This document shows, piece by piece, positions 25,801-36,717 of a stretch of DNA of 64,000 nt (positions are counted from its first letter, which is position 1; the number at the start of each line of letters is the position of its first letter). The translations under genes were made by a program, and so were the position numbers. The DNA is taken from NCBI GenBank assembly GCA_964234715.1, contig OZ174279.1, one strand, 5' to 3'. The stretch comes from Podarcis melisellensis. Taxonomy: Eukaryota. Under the pieces are notes generated by a model, which was not told where the DNA came from, did no database searches, and saw only the letters and a program-made list of their open reading frames with translations.

Positions 25801-28800
25801 CACATCACATCTTTCTTAATGTACAGGACTTCTGCTGACTGGGCTGGTTAGGTGAATCCCGTCCATAGATTTCACTGTTAATAGTATAGATCAGGGGTTC
25901 TCCAACTTTCTACCAATGTGGCCAGCTGGAGACAGCTGAAAATTACTGAGGCCCAGCAGTCAAAAAAACTGCAGTGCAGGGGCAGAGCCTGTTACAAAAT
26001 AGTGGCAGATTGAGGCAGAGGTTGGAATTAATCAGATGGAAGTTCCAGGCATTTTCTGGCAAGCCAGTCGATCTTTGAAATTGCTAAGTTCTTTATTACA
26101 GCATTTTCTTTGTAGGAAAAAATTCCATAGCTCAGCTTTCCTCCAGCTAATTACAGGCGTTTGCTCTTGAGGTATCATGAGTCAGCCTTCCCGTGTAAGG
26201 CAGAATTTGTTGATCCAGAGGGGTCTAAGTAGAAAGGTATTTCCCCTTCCCACCCACACCTGTCTCCGGTGATTTCTTCTGCTATCCTCCCTTCACATTT
26301 AGTTTGCTTGCTATTCACCACCCACCCAGCTGCCTGTCTCATTCAGCCTTTTCCCTGATCTTCTTATGCTTTATTTTCTCCTATAAGAGCTTTCCTCCAT
26401 TATCCTCTTTTCGCTTTCCAGTTTGTTTAACAGTAATGATGATTGTGATAATAAATCATTAACCTTTTATGTTAAAAGTTTCCTGCAACACCTCTTCTGG
26501 CTTTCCCCCTCCCTCAGAAACCTTCCATTCCTCTTCCCCCATCTCATGAACTTCTGTGTCTCCCAAGCACTGTTACTCAGCATGCGAAGGGTCGCTGATG
26601 TTGGTATTGATCCAACCAGCTAGTGGGGTGGGATAGGCAAGTGAGGAGGGATTGTGCAGACTGAAACACTGAGGCCCACCTAAAAGCGATTCCTGGCCCA
26701 CTTTTTGAGAAACCCCAATACAGATCTCGTGTTTAGAATCTGCAGATATGTTTTATAGAAAAGGGACATATTTCAAATGGTGACTCTTAAATAAGTGCTA
26801 TTTAAACGTACAGGAGTACTTTTTTTTAAAAAAAAGAGATGTAACTCTCTGCTTCTGAAAGATGCGTTTCTTAAAGCAGTGGAAAGTTAATGTTACTTAA
26901 GATGTCTCTCATATGAATAACTAGTGCATTGAGTATTCAAAGATGTGTTTTGTGCAATAGGGTGACTTCACAAGAACTGGTGAAAGGAAGCTGGCAGGAG
27001 TCATGAAAGATGGTGTTAACTCTGCAAATAGATACTACTTAAACCGCTTCAGGGATGCTTATAGGCAGGCAGTCATTGGTAAGATAGTTTCAGTCAATTT
27101 CCGTACTGAATTATTGTCTACTATGTATCTGTTGAATTTTCTTTTCATGTTGGTTTCTTTGAAATGTTAAAGATGTTTGGGTCTGTGTTTTCTACCACTA
27201 AATAGGTCAAAATCTTGTTATTTTTAAAAGTATGAACAAGACTGACTCATTTTAGCTGAGCTTTCTAGAAGATTTGGCAATAAAACTCTCTCCATTTGTA
27301 ATCAGTGATTTTTTTTTTTTTAATACTTCAGTCTTGAATCATGGTGGAAAAGGCAGGGAAGACTCATAGTAAAATCCACTTGTCTCCTAAAGATAATGAA
27401 GGCATGCCCCTTGTAACTTGAGCATTGCTTAGCTCTTGCTTAAGAATTAGGTCTTGGTTAAGAATTTCAAAATACCTAAATCCCAATAGTCAGAGGTATA
27501 ACTTAATCAAAGCAGTCCATTTAGTAACTTACCGCCAGCTTTATTCCTGTTATGCATTGATATTGTTATACCTTCATTATGCATTCAGTGGTTTTTTTTG
27601 TTTTTTTGTGTCTGTCTAGATTTAATGCAGGGCATTCCTGTGACAGAGGATCTTTATTCCATATTCACAAAAGAGAAAGAACATGAAGCGCTGCACAAGG
27701 AGAACTTGAGAAGTCATCAGGAACTGATTAGCCAGTTATTGCAAAGTTACATGAAGTTACTATTACCAGATGATGAAAAATTCCATGGTGGTTGGGCACT
27801 TATTGACTGTGACCCAAGGTATGCAGAATGTTCTATGGTTATATAGATCTTAAAGTACCATGGCATCTTTTACAGTGACCAAATGTGTAATAAGGTGGTG
27901 GAGGGATACAGTGGGGACTGGGGAAGAGTTGAGTCTTAAATGTTTTTCAAGTACTGTATTTTTCTCTCTATAACACGCAGATTTTTTCTCCTAAAAAGTA
28001 AGGGGAAATGTCTGTGCGTGTTATTGAGCGAATGTGTGGTCCCTGGAGCCGACTGGCGTGAGCGCAGGGGCAAAAATCAGGCAGAAATCAAATTGCGTGC
28101 CATGGAGGAGGGAAGCCTGAAGAGAGGAAGCTGCTGCTTTCCTGCATTCTGCCTCAGGGTCTTACTGCCCACCCTCTTCTGTTTCGTTGCTGTGTTTGCT
28201 CAAACAGAACAAAGAGCAGGCAAATCCCCTGCCCTCCAGGCAAGCTGAGGGGAAAGGAAAGGATCACGTCCTTCCTTCTAATTCCTCTCCGTGCTCTAAT
28301 GCTTTCTAGGGACTCGCAAGCAGCCGGAAAACATGCAGGTGGGAGAGAGAGAGAGAGGGGGGGGGCTGGCTTGGGTGGGTGGGGGGAAACTTTTGCCTTC
28401 CTTTCCTCCCTCCCGTTAAACCCCTCTCCTGCATTCTTAGCGCAGCTGCTTCTCTTCACACCCCTCTCGTGCTCCTTTTCCCTTCTGTGTTTTTCCTTCC
28501 CTCCCCACTTAAAACGTGGTTACAAAGCACGGATCCATATGGATCCTCAGGATCTTTGCATTGGGTCACCCCAAATTCACCATCAGATCACATAGCATGT
28601 CTCCCACTTCTTACATTGAGGGAGCTTCTGCTTCTGTCATTATTCTGTATGTTTTGTTTTAAATTGGTTTGCTGCATTTGTTGTTGTATTTTCTGACTTG
28701 GAACTCCCCTGGGAACTTGTTTTGAAGGTGGGGAAAAATCCCTATAATAAATGCTGCCATGGTAATATCTAAAACTAGCCATGTGGGTGGTTGGATCATT

Positions 28801-31800
28801 CAGGATGTTACTACACCTATGCTACAACTCCCTGAGAGTGTTACTATGGTACCTCAGAACAGTAATTTACTTTGAAATATACAGCAAAACAAAATTTTGA
28901 AGAAGAGAAGGATTTCTAGGTTTTATTGACAGACTATATGAAGCAAGGCATTAGTAAACATGGTTGTTGTTGTCATTACTAATGATTGACTCCATACTAG
29001 TTGCAGGGTGTAAAAGGCTTCAGAAAAGTGCTGTGAAATTTTCATGTCATCCTGTGTAAAATACGCTGTTCATTTTTGTTTAGCCTTGCGGATGCTACTC
29101 ATAAAGATGTGGATGTCCTCCTTCTGCTTTCTAACTCAGCATACTATGTAGCCTAGTAAGTAAGATTCTTTCTACTTTACACATTGAAAACAAAGATATC
29201 AGAACATCTTTGCTACTTTTTTATTGCATTGTAATAGGATTCAGGTGTGATTCAATCCAGATCTAACTCTGGGCATTGATGTCTTTTTGTCTAGTTATGA
29301 TGATGAAGTAGATAAAGTAAATCAATACCAAAGGCTGAGCCTTGAAGATTTGGAAAGAATAGAAATAGGTAAGACCTCAAAGTTGTTGAATTTTAGCTGT
29401 TCTCTCCTCATTTCTTGCCTAAACTTAAGCTATTTGTCACAATCATTGAAAACACATGAATGAATAACAGTCTCTTCTATATGTTGGGTACCCAGGATTT
29501 GCTACATTTATATGCCCCCACATGTTGTCAACAATAGCAATGCAAGAGGCGCAATACAAAAGGCAAAACAAGTAAATCCATTGTACCAACTATGTCCTTA
29601 TATATAATGCATTTACATAATAGAACAGCAGAGGACCATTCTAGGAGGGCAGTTGATCTCAGCTAAGTCAGCAGAGGGTGGTCTCACTGTTACACTTCTC
29701 CCAGTGATGTAATAAAGTAGAATGGCTGCTTTGGAAAAGAGCTGAAAGGTTCAGAAGTGTTATTTAGAAAGTTATGTTCTTTATTTCTAAAAACATTCAT
29801 GCTTTTTGTAAAGGTCCCGAACCAACTCTCTTTGGGAAGCCCAAGTTCTCGTGCATGAGGCTCCATTATAAATACAAAGACACAAGTGGATATTTCCATA
29901 CTCTTAGAGCAGTGATGCGCAACCCTGAAGAGGATGGAAAAGGTAACACACTTCTACAAAGTTTTTAGAAGAGAGGTAAACCACTTTCCCCAAGTCTGAC
30001 CACTGCATATAGAAAGTAGAACTTAATTATAAGAATTGAGCTGAACAATTGAGTTGAATTGAACAAAATAGGTTCACTGAGAACAAGAAGGAAAGGAAAT
30101 TGCTATTTTTCAAGAACCTGAGCAGAAAAACTCAACACTCCACATTTCAGAGCCTGGTTTTTTAGTCAATCAATTGAATTAATCAACATGAATTATAGAT
30201 GCCAACTCCTTTAAGGCCCAAGCTATGGTGTTCTCCCAGCTTTGCTCCCTTCAATATCTGGGGGAAAAGGAGGAGGAGGGACAGACTGCAGGGTGGAAGA
30301 GAAGCTTCCCTTGCATTTATGTTGTTCTCCTTTGGCTCTTTCAGTGACACCCACTCCACCTGCTTTGTATGTGAATGAAGCAGACCTGCATTTAAAGATA
30401 CATTTAAGAGGGGATAATACTTTATCCAGTCAACAACTAGGAATAGTCCTCATTCTTTTATGCTTGTGTTCAGCTATATGGCTGCATTAATGTGCCAGTT
30501 ACAGAATGATGGGCGTCTCTCATTTCACATTGCTTTATGCTAAATGGCTCACTTGCCAGGTTAAAAGTCAGACCAATAGAAAAGCTTCACCGAAGCATCT
30601 ACACACTCAGTTTTCACAAAACGGAAGTAGTAAGAGAGAATATGCTCTATTCATGGCTTTAATGGACAAATAACGTGCATTTCAGATACTCTTCAGTGCA
30701 TTGCGGAGATGCTGCGAATCACAAAACAAGCCATGGGGTTAGATGTAGCTATTATTGAGAAGAAACTGGAGAGGTGAGTTAATACTCTTCCCTTGGGGAG
30801 TCCCAAATCTCTTGAATCATAATACTTGTACTGGTTGCTTAAAGCAGCTGTCTACTGACAATTAGTAACTAAGAGCTTATCTGCACATGCATACAAGTAT
30901 TACAGTACCCATCTACAAGTTTTTAATACTGTGCCCCTCAGGAGAGGGGTGTGTCATTAGGTTTTTTTTAAAAAAACCACACGTGCTGAATGAGGTTGGG
31001 GGAGCAAGTCTACAAGGAGTGTTCTCTCTTCAAGGGGCTTTGGGTGCAGGGAAGGAAGATGACGGTCAATGCCTAGCTATCTAGGAGAAAAGTATGCAGA
31101 AGCTAGTGCTGTATTTATGTCTCACTAAACAAAAAAATATTCATTAGAATGTATCTGAATATTAAGCAATGTGTTGAAAGTATATCTGAATGTATGTTTA
31201 TCAGAGGAAGTTACTGATCTTCTTAATTCTGCAGGAAAAGCAGCAAACCCCATGAGGACATCATTGGTATTAGATCCCAAAACAGAGGCTCCCTAGCCCA
31301 AGGAAAAAACTATTTGATGAGCAAGTTCTCATCTCTTAATCAGAAAGTGAAGCAAACCAAATCCAATGTAAACATGAGCAACCTGAGAAAGTTGGGGAAC
31401 TTTACGAAGCCTGAAATGAAAGTCAACTTCTTAAAGCCGAACTTGAAAGTGAATCTTTGGAAATCTGACAGTAGTCTTGAAACCATGGAAAATCCCATGG
31501 CAGATGCTAAAGCCAACGTAGAATCTGACATTGAGATCTCCTCAGATAATGATTCATTCCATTCTGATGAGTACCTTACCAATTCCAAATCTGATGATGA
31601 CCAGCAGTTCATGGACTCCTTGGAGAACGTGGGACAGATAGATTATGTTCTGCCCAGTTGTGGTATCATCGCCTCTGCTCCTCGGCTCGGCAGTCGGTCC
31701 CAGTCTATAAGTAGCACTGACATCAACATTAGCATTCCTGTTCCTTCAGAAATCCACGTGACACACTATGAAGACCAAACTAACAAGTCTGAATCGGAAG

Positions 31801-32390
31801 GGAAAGGACCCCAGGAAACTCCTGCCACAGACAATGCTGTAATAGAGTTCACTAAGCCAATTGATGCCTACTGCCACAGATTTGTGCAGGATGCTCAAAC
31901 TAAGATGACAAGTGTTTCAGAAACAGAGATGAATTCTCAAGAAGCTCAGCAAGAGTTGGATCGCATTAGCAATAACGCTTCTAAGAAAACTGAATCTTGC
32001 TTGGGAACAGCTGTTGAGGCTCCTTCCAGACCATCTAAATTGGATGTACCATTTTCAGAGTCAGGATCACAATTCTTAGCAGTAGAAAATGCTAAGTCTC
32101 ATAATACTCCAGGCTCCTCATCCAGTGTACTGGAAGCTGGGTCAGGGTTTCATATGACACCTTCACCAGCAGAGAGTAATGGCAGTAGGGCAGTCTCTCC
32201 TTTTGCAAAGATTCGCAGCTCTATGGTTCAGGTGGCTAATATTACACAAGCTGGTTTGACCCAAGGAATCAGCTTTGCGGTGGCTAAAGTCCAGAAAAGC
32301 CCAGCTGAACCAGAATCCGTAAATGAAATTCAGCAAAATGAACTGAGAGAAATGTTCACGCAGTGTCAGACGCGGATAATTCAGATCTAG
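7794..32390 (+). CDS. INPP5F: Phosphatidylinositide phosphatase SAC2 (INPP5F), spliced CDS exons 2-20; 5' incomplete (exon 1 upstream of window)
   Basis: 19 GT-AG exons join in frame (3308 nt from a phase-1 start to TAG). Translation follows recalled human INPP5F from ATDLLLAWNPICLG to CQTRIIQI*. SAC catalytic motif [12 protein letters not shown] is present. Confidence 0.98.
9352..9486. mobile_element. Degenerate palindromic hAT-type MITE (same family as 57330)
   Basis: CTCCCATAATCCC...GGGATGATGGGAGTTGTAGTCC internal palindrome. Confidence 0.6.
10209..10392 (+). repeat. Local tandem duplication, two ~92-bp units
   Basis: TAGTTCTGCA...GCATGTTCTTTTA...CCTTTCTAAAAATAGCTGTGAATATA...AATAGTTGACCAT occurs twice. 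Confidence 0.85.
12010..12146 (-). mobile_element. Short tRNA-derived SINE (degenerate, same family as 52980)
   Basis: Reverse complement reads CAGCTCAGTCAGTAGAG...TTCCAACTCTACAATTCTA. Confidence 0.6.
14441..14577 (+). CDS. INPP5F: INPP5F exon 3
   Basis: ttcag|ATTTG...GAG|gtaact; DLPWWLILIRQKVVVGKLPGDHEICKVTKIAAVPLSEAEPQDLELE. Confidence 0.95.
14968..15096 (+). CDS. INPP5F: INPP5F exon 4
   Basis: LCKKHHFGINKPEK...SNKKK; AG/GT flanks. Confidence 0.95.
15165..15201 (+). repeat. (TGTA)n microsatellite
   Basis: Direct reading. Confidence 0.9.
15632..15734. mobile_element. hAT-type MITE, internally deleted
   Basis: CAGGAGTGGGGAACC...GGTTCTCTACCTCTA ends; 8-bp TSD GTCTAGAA/GCCTAGAA. Confidence 0.65.
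16053..16283. mobile_element. Non-autonomous hAT element
   Basis: Perfect 16-bp TIR CAGAGCTTTCCAAACT/AGTTTGGAAAGCTCTG; TSD GGCTAAAG/GGTTAAAG. Confidence 0.88.
16679..16896. mobile_element. Tc1/mariner (Tigger/pogo-like) MITE
   Basis: CAGTAGCATCTCGGGTT...AACCGGAGGTACCACTG-TA ends. Confidence 0.75.
16948..17186. mobile_element. Tc1/mariner (Tigger/pogo-like) MITE
   Basis: TA|CAGTGGTAC...GTACCACTG|TA; internal CTTCAGGTTA repeats. Confidence 0.85.
17403..17570 (+). CDS. INPP5F: INPP5F exon 5
   Basis: VKESKEKERLERRLLEELFKMFMDSDSFYYSLTYNLTNSVQRQS...LWKK. Confidence 0.95.
17771..17827 (+). CDS. INPP5F: INPP5F exon 6
   Basis: VDDRFFWNKHMLEDLINIG|gtgagt. Confidence 0.94.
18040..18670 (-). mobile_element. 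CR1 LINE 3' remnant interrupted by a 120-bp hAT MITE (18078-18197)
   Basis: CR1-type 3' motifs; insert ends CAGAGGTGCCATC/GCTGGTGCCTTTG; TSD CCAGTGAC/CCAGTGGC. Confidence 0.6.
18699..18897 (+). CDS. INPP5F: INPP5F exon 7
   Basis: KSEVDFWIIPVIQGFVQ...LISRRSRHRAG. Confidence 0.95.
20198..20377 (+). CDS. INPP5F: INPP5F exon 8
   Basis: MRYKRRGVDKNGNVANYVETEQ...TRGSVPVFWSQ...RLDK. Confidence 0.96.
21452..21519 (+). CDS. INPP5F: INPP5F exon 9
   Basis: EKETVPYFRAHFEEQLKIYTKQ. Confidence 0.94.
21644..21970 (-). mobile_element. L2-clade LINE 3' end with microsatellite tail
   Basis: Minus ORF RRAFSVVAPTLWNALPPDVK...FRRHLKAALFREAF is an L2 ORF2 C-terminus; (ATTTT)n/(ATG)n/(AAC)n tail. Confidence 0.85.
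22371..22495 (+). CDS. INPP5F: INPP5F exon 10
   Basis: IIINLVDQAGREKIIGDSYLKQV...FDFHEHC. Confidence 0.95.
23101..23178 (+). CDS. INPP5F: INPP5F exon 11
   Basis: RGMKFENVQTLTDAISDIITDVKWCW. Confidence 0.95.
25091..25211 (+). CDS. INPP5F: INPP5F exon 12 (catalytic CX5R motif)
   Basis: [40 protein letters not shown]. Confidence 0.97.
25551..25679 (+). CDS. INPP5F: INPP5F exon 13
   Basis: LKKLGVMPPEQPLP...WANNGDAISRQYAGTAALK. Confidence 0.95.
25892..26717. mobile_element. Old hAT/Charlie-like element
   Basis: CAGGGGTTCTCCAACT ... TTTGAGAAACCCCA ends; imperfect TSD GTATAGAT/ATACAGAT. Confidence 0.45.
26961..27078 (+). CDS. INPP5F: INPP5F exon 14
   Basis: GDFTRTGERKLAGVMKDGVNSANRYYLNRFRDAYRQAVI. 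Confidence 0.96.
27620..27818 (+). CDS. INPP5F: INPP5F exon 15
   Basis: DLMQGIPVTEDLYS...FHGGWALIDCDP. Confidence 0.96.
27970..28540 (+). promoter_or_regulatory. CpG-enriched segment in INPP5F intron 15; candidate internal promoter / alternative first exon
   Basis: About 17 CpGs counted by eye in ~570 bp of an otherwise CpG-poor intron; gccATGG at 28102; CAG|gtggga donor at 28339; no recognisable repeat. Confidence 0.55.
29084..29155 (+). CDS. INPP5F: INPP5F exon 16
   Basis: SLADATHKDVDVLLLLSNSAYYVAY. Confidence 0.95.
29295..29368 (+). CDS. INPP5F: INPP5F exon 17
   Basis: YDDEVDKVNQYQRLSLEDLERIEI. Confidence 0.95.
29814..29942 (+). CDS. INPP5F: INPP5F exon 18
   Basis: GPEPTLFGKPKFSCMRLHY...RNPEEDGK. 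Confidence 0.96.
30686..30773 (+). CDS. INPP5F: INPP5F exon 19
   Basis: DTLQCIAEMLRITKQAMGLDVAIIEKKLER. Confidence 0.95.
31235..32390 (+). CDS. INPP5F: INPP5F exon 20 (terminal coding exon)
   Basis: KSSKPHEDIIGIRSQN...NELREMFTQCQTRIIQI*; matches ORF 31314..32390. Confidence 0.97.
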
Positions 32391-33904
32391 AGAGCACACA
32401 CTTCAGATTTAAGTTGTACATATTGCTAAACAAATGGTTTGTAACGGCCCCTTGAGGGGAGGGGGTGAACCAACTGCCACTAAGTATTGGTATCAAAAAA
32501 ATGCCAGTAACTATGTTTACAGAAAGTTTTGGGAGATGCTAATTGGGTTCTGAACAGGTTTCAGAATTATCCTCAGGCAGCTGAGCTGGTGAAGGTAAAA
32601 CTACTAAACAGGTAGCTCATACACCAGTGGTTGATGTGCATGTTAAGTTTGTGTGATCAATTGCACAGTTATCTTTTGAGACCAGTTTCTATAGGCCTTC
32701 TGATTTATGTAGAAGGGGGTGGTACTGAACACCTGTCAACCTTATTAATCTTGCACTGTACCAGTGAACTATTTTACTCACAGATGACATTCTATTTATT
32801 TTTCAGACTAACTTTTTTTATTTATATTTTTAAATTTGTTTTCTTGTCGTTCTAGTTGCATTCCTAAGGGAGGTGGTCTCTGCAGAGGAAGGACTTAAAT
32901 ACCTATGCCTGTGGGGGGTGGTTTACTCTCCTTCCTCTCCCATGGATTCCTTGCTTCTTCCTACCTCTGTTAATTTATAACTATGGTATCTAGGAGCAAT
33001 CAATAATATAGTAATGAGTAAAAGCTTGCAGGGCAGCTGCTGAAAAGGTTTTTCTTACAATAAATAATCTTTTAAAAAAACCTACGGTGTGTCTGCAAAC
33101 TATTATGTGTCTTCTGTAGTGAAACTTGACACCCTACTCTTAGGCTGCAGCCTTTATTTTCTTTTTGAGGAAAAACAAAGGTCTAACTAAAAAAAAAATG
33201 CTGAATGTCAGGTATGTGCTAATGTGTTCATATGAGGAGACAATTGCCTAAATAAGCACGAAAGCACCAAAAAGGACATAATCTAAAACATACTCATCCA
33301 TAAAATCATACTGCTGATATTTAAAATCCAATTAATGCAAAGTGTTTCGAAACAGTTGTAGTTGTAATCAGTTGTGAGACCAATTCTGGCTTTGTCACAG
33401 TACTGGTGGGGAATGAGGCCGCATCTAAACGTTTTCCCGGGAATCTGATTCCAAAAACCTGATGTGTAAGAAGTAATTTCCTATATAGCTCATTCTGTTA
33501 TTTCCCGGAGGGGTCTTGTGACTGATGTTCTATAGTAGAATGTAGCAGCAGAAACAACATTGGATTCTGCTAAGCTTCATAGCCTCACTAGTCCTCATTC
33601 TAGAGCCAGGGTCTCTGTATGTTAGTACATGTGTACTATAGCTAGACTGCATGTACTGTTCTAAGCAGTTAACGAGTGTCATAATGGTGGTATGATGTCT
33701 TTGAATATCTCTGCTATAACAGAAGTGATCATCACCTTAACCTGATTGTCCTTGTCTAATACTTTTGATACTGTTCCCTTTTTGTTATTTATTTCTTATT
33801 ACTGTAATGTGTATTCCTTTTTTTGGAGTGTCTGTATAAATTTGTGGGTATATTTAAAATAATATTGTATTGTTTTAACGTGGGAGACCTATATAAAATA
33901 TTTT

Positions 33905-33910
33905 AATAAA
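33905..33910 (+). terminator. Probable INPP5F polyadenylation signal (AATAAA)
   Basis: AATAAA about 1.5 kb after the stop, followed by a GT/T-rich tract; another AATAAA lies at 33059-33064. Confidence 0.45.
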
Positions 33911-35653
33911 AAATACTAATAGTATGCATTTTGGTGTAAGTGTTTGAAATGCTGAGATCCTTTTTAGTTCTTGAGTTGCTGAATGGATACAGCCTCTCCC
34001 CACTGTTGGTCTGAAACTGACTCCGTATTCAGTATCTGCCTTTGGTTCGGTGTACACATTATGCTAAATCATGGTTTATGTCGACTATAGTTAAAGTTGA
34101 AGCATTTGACAGATGATCACTTAAACTATGCCAGAGAAGACACAGAGGCCCCACTTTCTGGACACAATGTGTTCCTAGGAAATCGTTTGCTAGGTGAGTA
34201 ATAAGCCAATGATTTCCATTATTTCCAATGGGAACATTCCTAATTTGTAATTTGTCTGTTCCCTCCCTCTTTCCCTCCCTCCTGTGGTGTCTGCCTGAAA
34301 TTGCTGCAGCGAATCAGCAAAAGTCAAAGGAAAAACTGATTTGTCTGATCTCTGCTGCTCCACGATTTATCTTACCTCCCTCTCTTCCTCCATGGTTTTT
34401 GCTGGAAATGGCTGCCACCAACCAGCAAAGTACAAACAAGTAAGGAAATGGGCAAACTTTGGCTGTTTGGATATCTGAATCAGCTGTTTGTGTAGCAAGA
34501 TTTGGGTATAATTCTTTGTGTTCAGATAGCTGAGATTTTGGATAAGCATTCTGATAGTGAGACCAGCACATCATTAAAGGCATCAATAGCTTGCATATAA
34601 CAGTAGGTTATGATTAACATTAACATGGTTTATAAAGCTACAAACCCTGGTATACTAGTGACTTCAGTATAATTCAACCTTTAATGAGTTAAGGTGCTGG
34701 ACTGGGTTTGCACTTAATGCTATGCCATGCTTGAATAAACAGTAGTTTTGTGTTATATACATGAACCAGACTTTTGCATTGATTCCTCACACATTGTTTG
34801 AACAGTCAGTTTATATAGTCCGCAGCCCTATTTTAATTCTATTCAGTCTAGGATTTTAAAAAGAAAAAACTTCAGTTTGAAGATGTTTTTATGAAAGTAT
34901 CTTATCCCATTTCTTTTAAGGCCTGCTGCACTGATTTGCCTAGTCCTCTCAAGGCATAATGTATGGTATCCAACCATACTGGTGCTAGATGCAGGAATGC
35001 CCAAACACCTACCATGCATGAATGAAGACTTGCCACTACTTTTGCCTTAAGGAAGTCTACAAGATTCCAAACATGGAATATCCTCTGGTTAGACATTAGT
35101 TGATTATTTATGCATTGATTAAATCTGTAGCTTATATGTTGATAGTATTGGCTTCTATTCCACCCCCCCTTTTGTTTCTAAAAATAAGGGCCTCCTCCCT
35201 GAACAGGTATTCACCTCTGAATGCCACAGTGGATATATTTGACCTGGATGTAGTGTCAACATTGCAATGATGCAGCCAGGTTGCACATCAGACGAATGTA
35301 TTGGTGGCAGTGGACTTGTGACCTTAGATGCATGGCAGCTTGCCACATCTGCAACAAAGGCTGTAAATTATGCAAGGTGCACCAAAGCCCCTTACATATT
35401 ACCCTCAGTAGTGTTGTGTTCTGCCAAAGGACGGAGGGGTGGGGAACTGATGTTGTAGAAGCTGCACAAATGAAGTCGACTGCAGCTCTGTGGCCTTTCT
35501 TCCAAGCTAATAATGCAGAACACCTCTCACCACAGGAACCTTGAAACTTTCCAAGGACTTTTTTGGGGGGACGGGCAAAATATAAAATTGTTGTCCTGCA
35601 TAAGGGCGATGCCCATTCACCATTGGCAGCTGCCTCAATATAAGCAGCTAATG

Positions 35654-35900
35654 CAGGGGTTGGCAAGGTTTACCTTGACTGGGCCGGTTCACTCCAGCGG
35701 AGATCCCTCTGTGGGTTGGATCGCGCACGCACGATTTCCAGCATCTGCATCTGTGCAGATGTGATTTTCGACATGAGTTCCGGCGCCCCAGAAATGAGCC
35801 CCCGTGCTGTGCTGCGCTGGTTTAGTGCAGCACGCAGGGACTCGCCAAGCGGGTGGCTCGGTTTGGGGGCGGCTCATGGGCCTTAGGTTGCCAAACCCTG
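35654..35900. mobile_element. Non-autonomous hAT element (intergenic)
   Basis: CAGGGGTTGGCAA...TTGCCAAACCCTG TIRs; perfect 8-bp TSD AGCTAATG; CpG-rich, so probably young. Confidence 0.88.
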
Positions 35901-36590
35901 AGCTAATGGGACCTCTGGGAGAGGACTTAGTTGCTGAGGAAACAGAAGCCTTTCTGGATGCGGGCTGCCTCTTGGGTTCTACACCCAGGTATGATGGTAT
36001 GTTGAAAAGCAGAGGCACAAAATCAAAATTGTACCAAGGAGTTGCCTTGGTTTGTCAGGTTTGTCTCATCAGGAATGCTATGAAGGAGAGATGACTCTGG
36101 GGCTATACCAGAGCCTTGCCACTGGCTTAACTGAGAGAATTCTCAGTTAAGTCCTCTGAGGAATGGCTGAATGAAGCTCTCAAAGAACTTGGGAGACTTC
36201 ATAGGCTTTTCTAAAGTTCTTGGCCATGATTCAAGCCTCAAACTCCCACCCAAATAAGGCAGTAAGCTTACACTCACTGAACTGTTAGTGTGAGGCAACG
36301 ATTACTGCACTTTAGTAAAGAGAAAGACATTTTTTTATAGTAAACTTTTAATATCAAACAATAATTGTTCCATTGTTTCTAGTTCAGTTACAAAACAAGC
36401 TCCAAAATTTTATGATCGGTGTTAAATCTGTTGAACACCATAAATTGTGTCCAAGTTTGAGAAAACAGCCATAACATTCTGGTACAAATTATCTACAAAA
36501 CCCAATATAAACATAAGCTAGCACCCTTTGTACTAGCTCCACAGATTACGCAAAAGTTGCAGTCATCAAAGCAAAATGGGAGCTGTAGCT

Positions 36591-36717
36591 TTAGAGTTCA
36601 TTTCCATTTACACACTTCTGCTGCTGTAGTCGCCCTTTACGTTGTGCCTCCAATTGCTTTGCTCTGAGCCATCTCTCTCTTGACAACGTTGTCTGCCCAG
36701 CGCTCAGAGAAAGGAAC
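36591..36717 (-). CDS. MCMBP: MCMBP exon 16 (terminal coding exon)
   Basis: [44 protein letters not shown]. Confidence 0.96.

Noticed and set aside
28299-28338. ORF MLSRDSQAAGKHA as a VMA21-retrocopy remnant or alternative start
   Set aside because: The likeness to VMA21 is only the RDS tripeptide. Spliced to exon 16 this frame stops within that exon.
31340-31612. Antisense ORF within INPP5F exon 20
   Set aside because: Shadow ORF of the coding strand.
35155-36094. Cluster of intergenic ORFs between INPP5F and MCMBP
   Set aside because: They overlap a hAT element and degenerate repeats; no recognisable protein.
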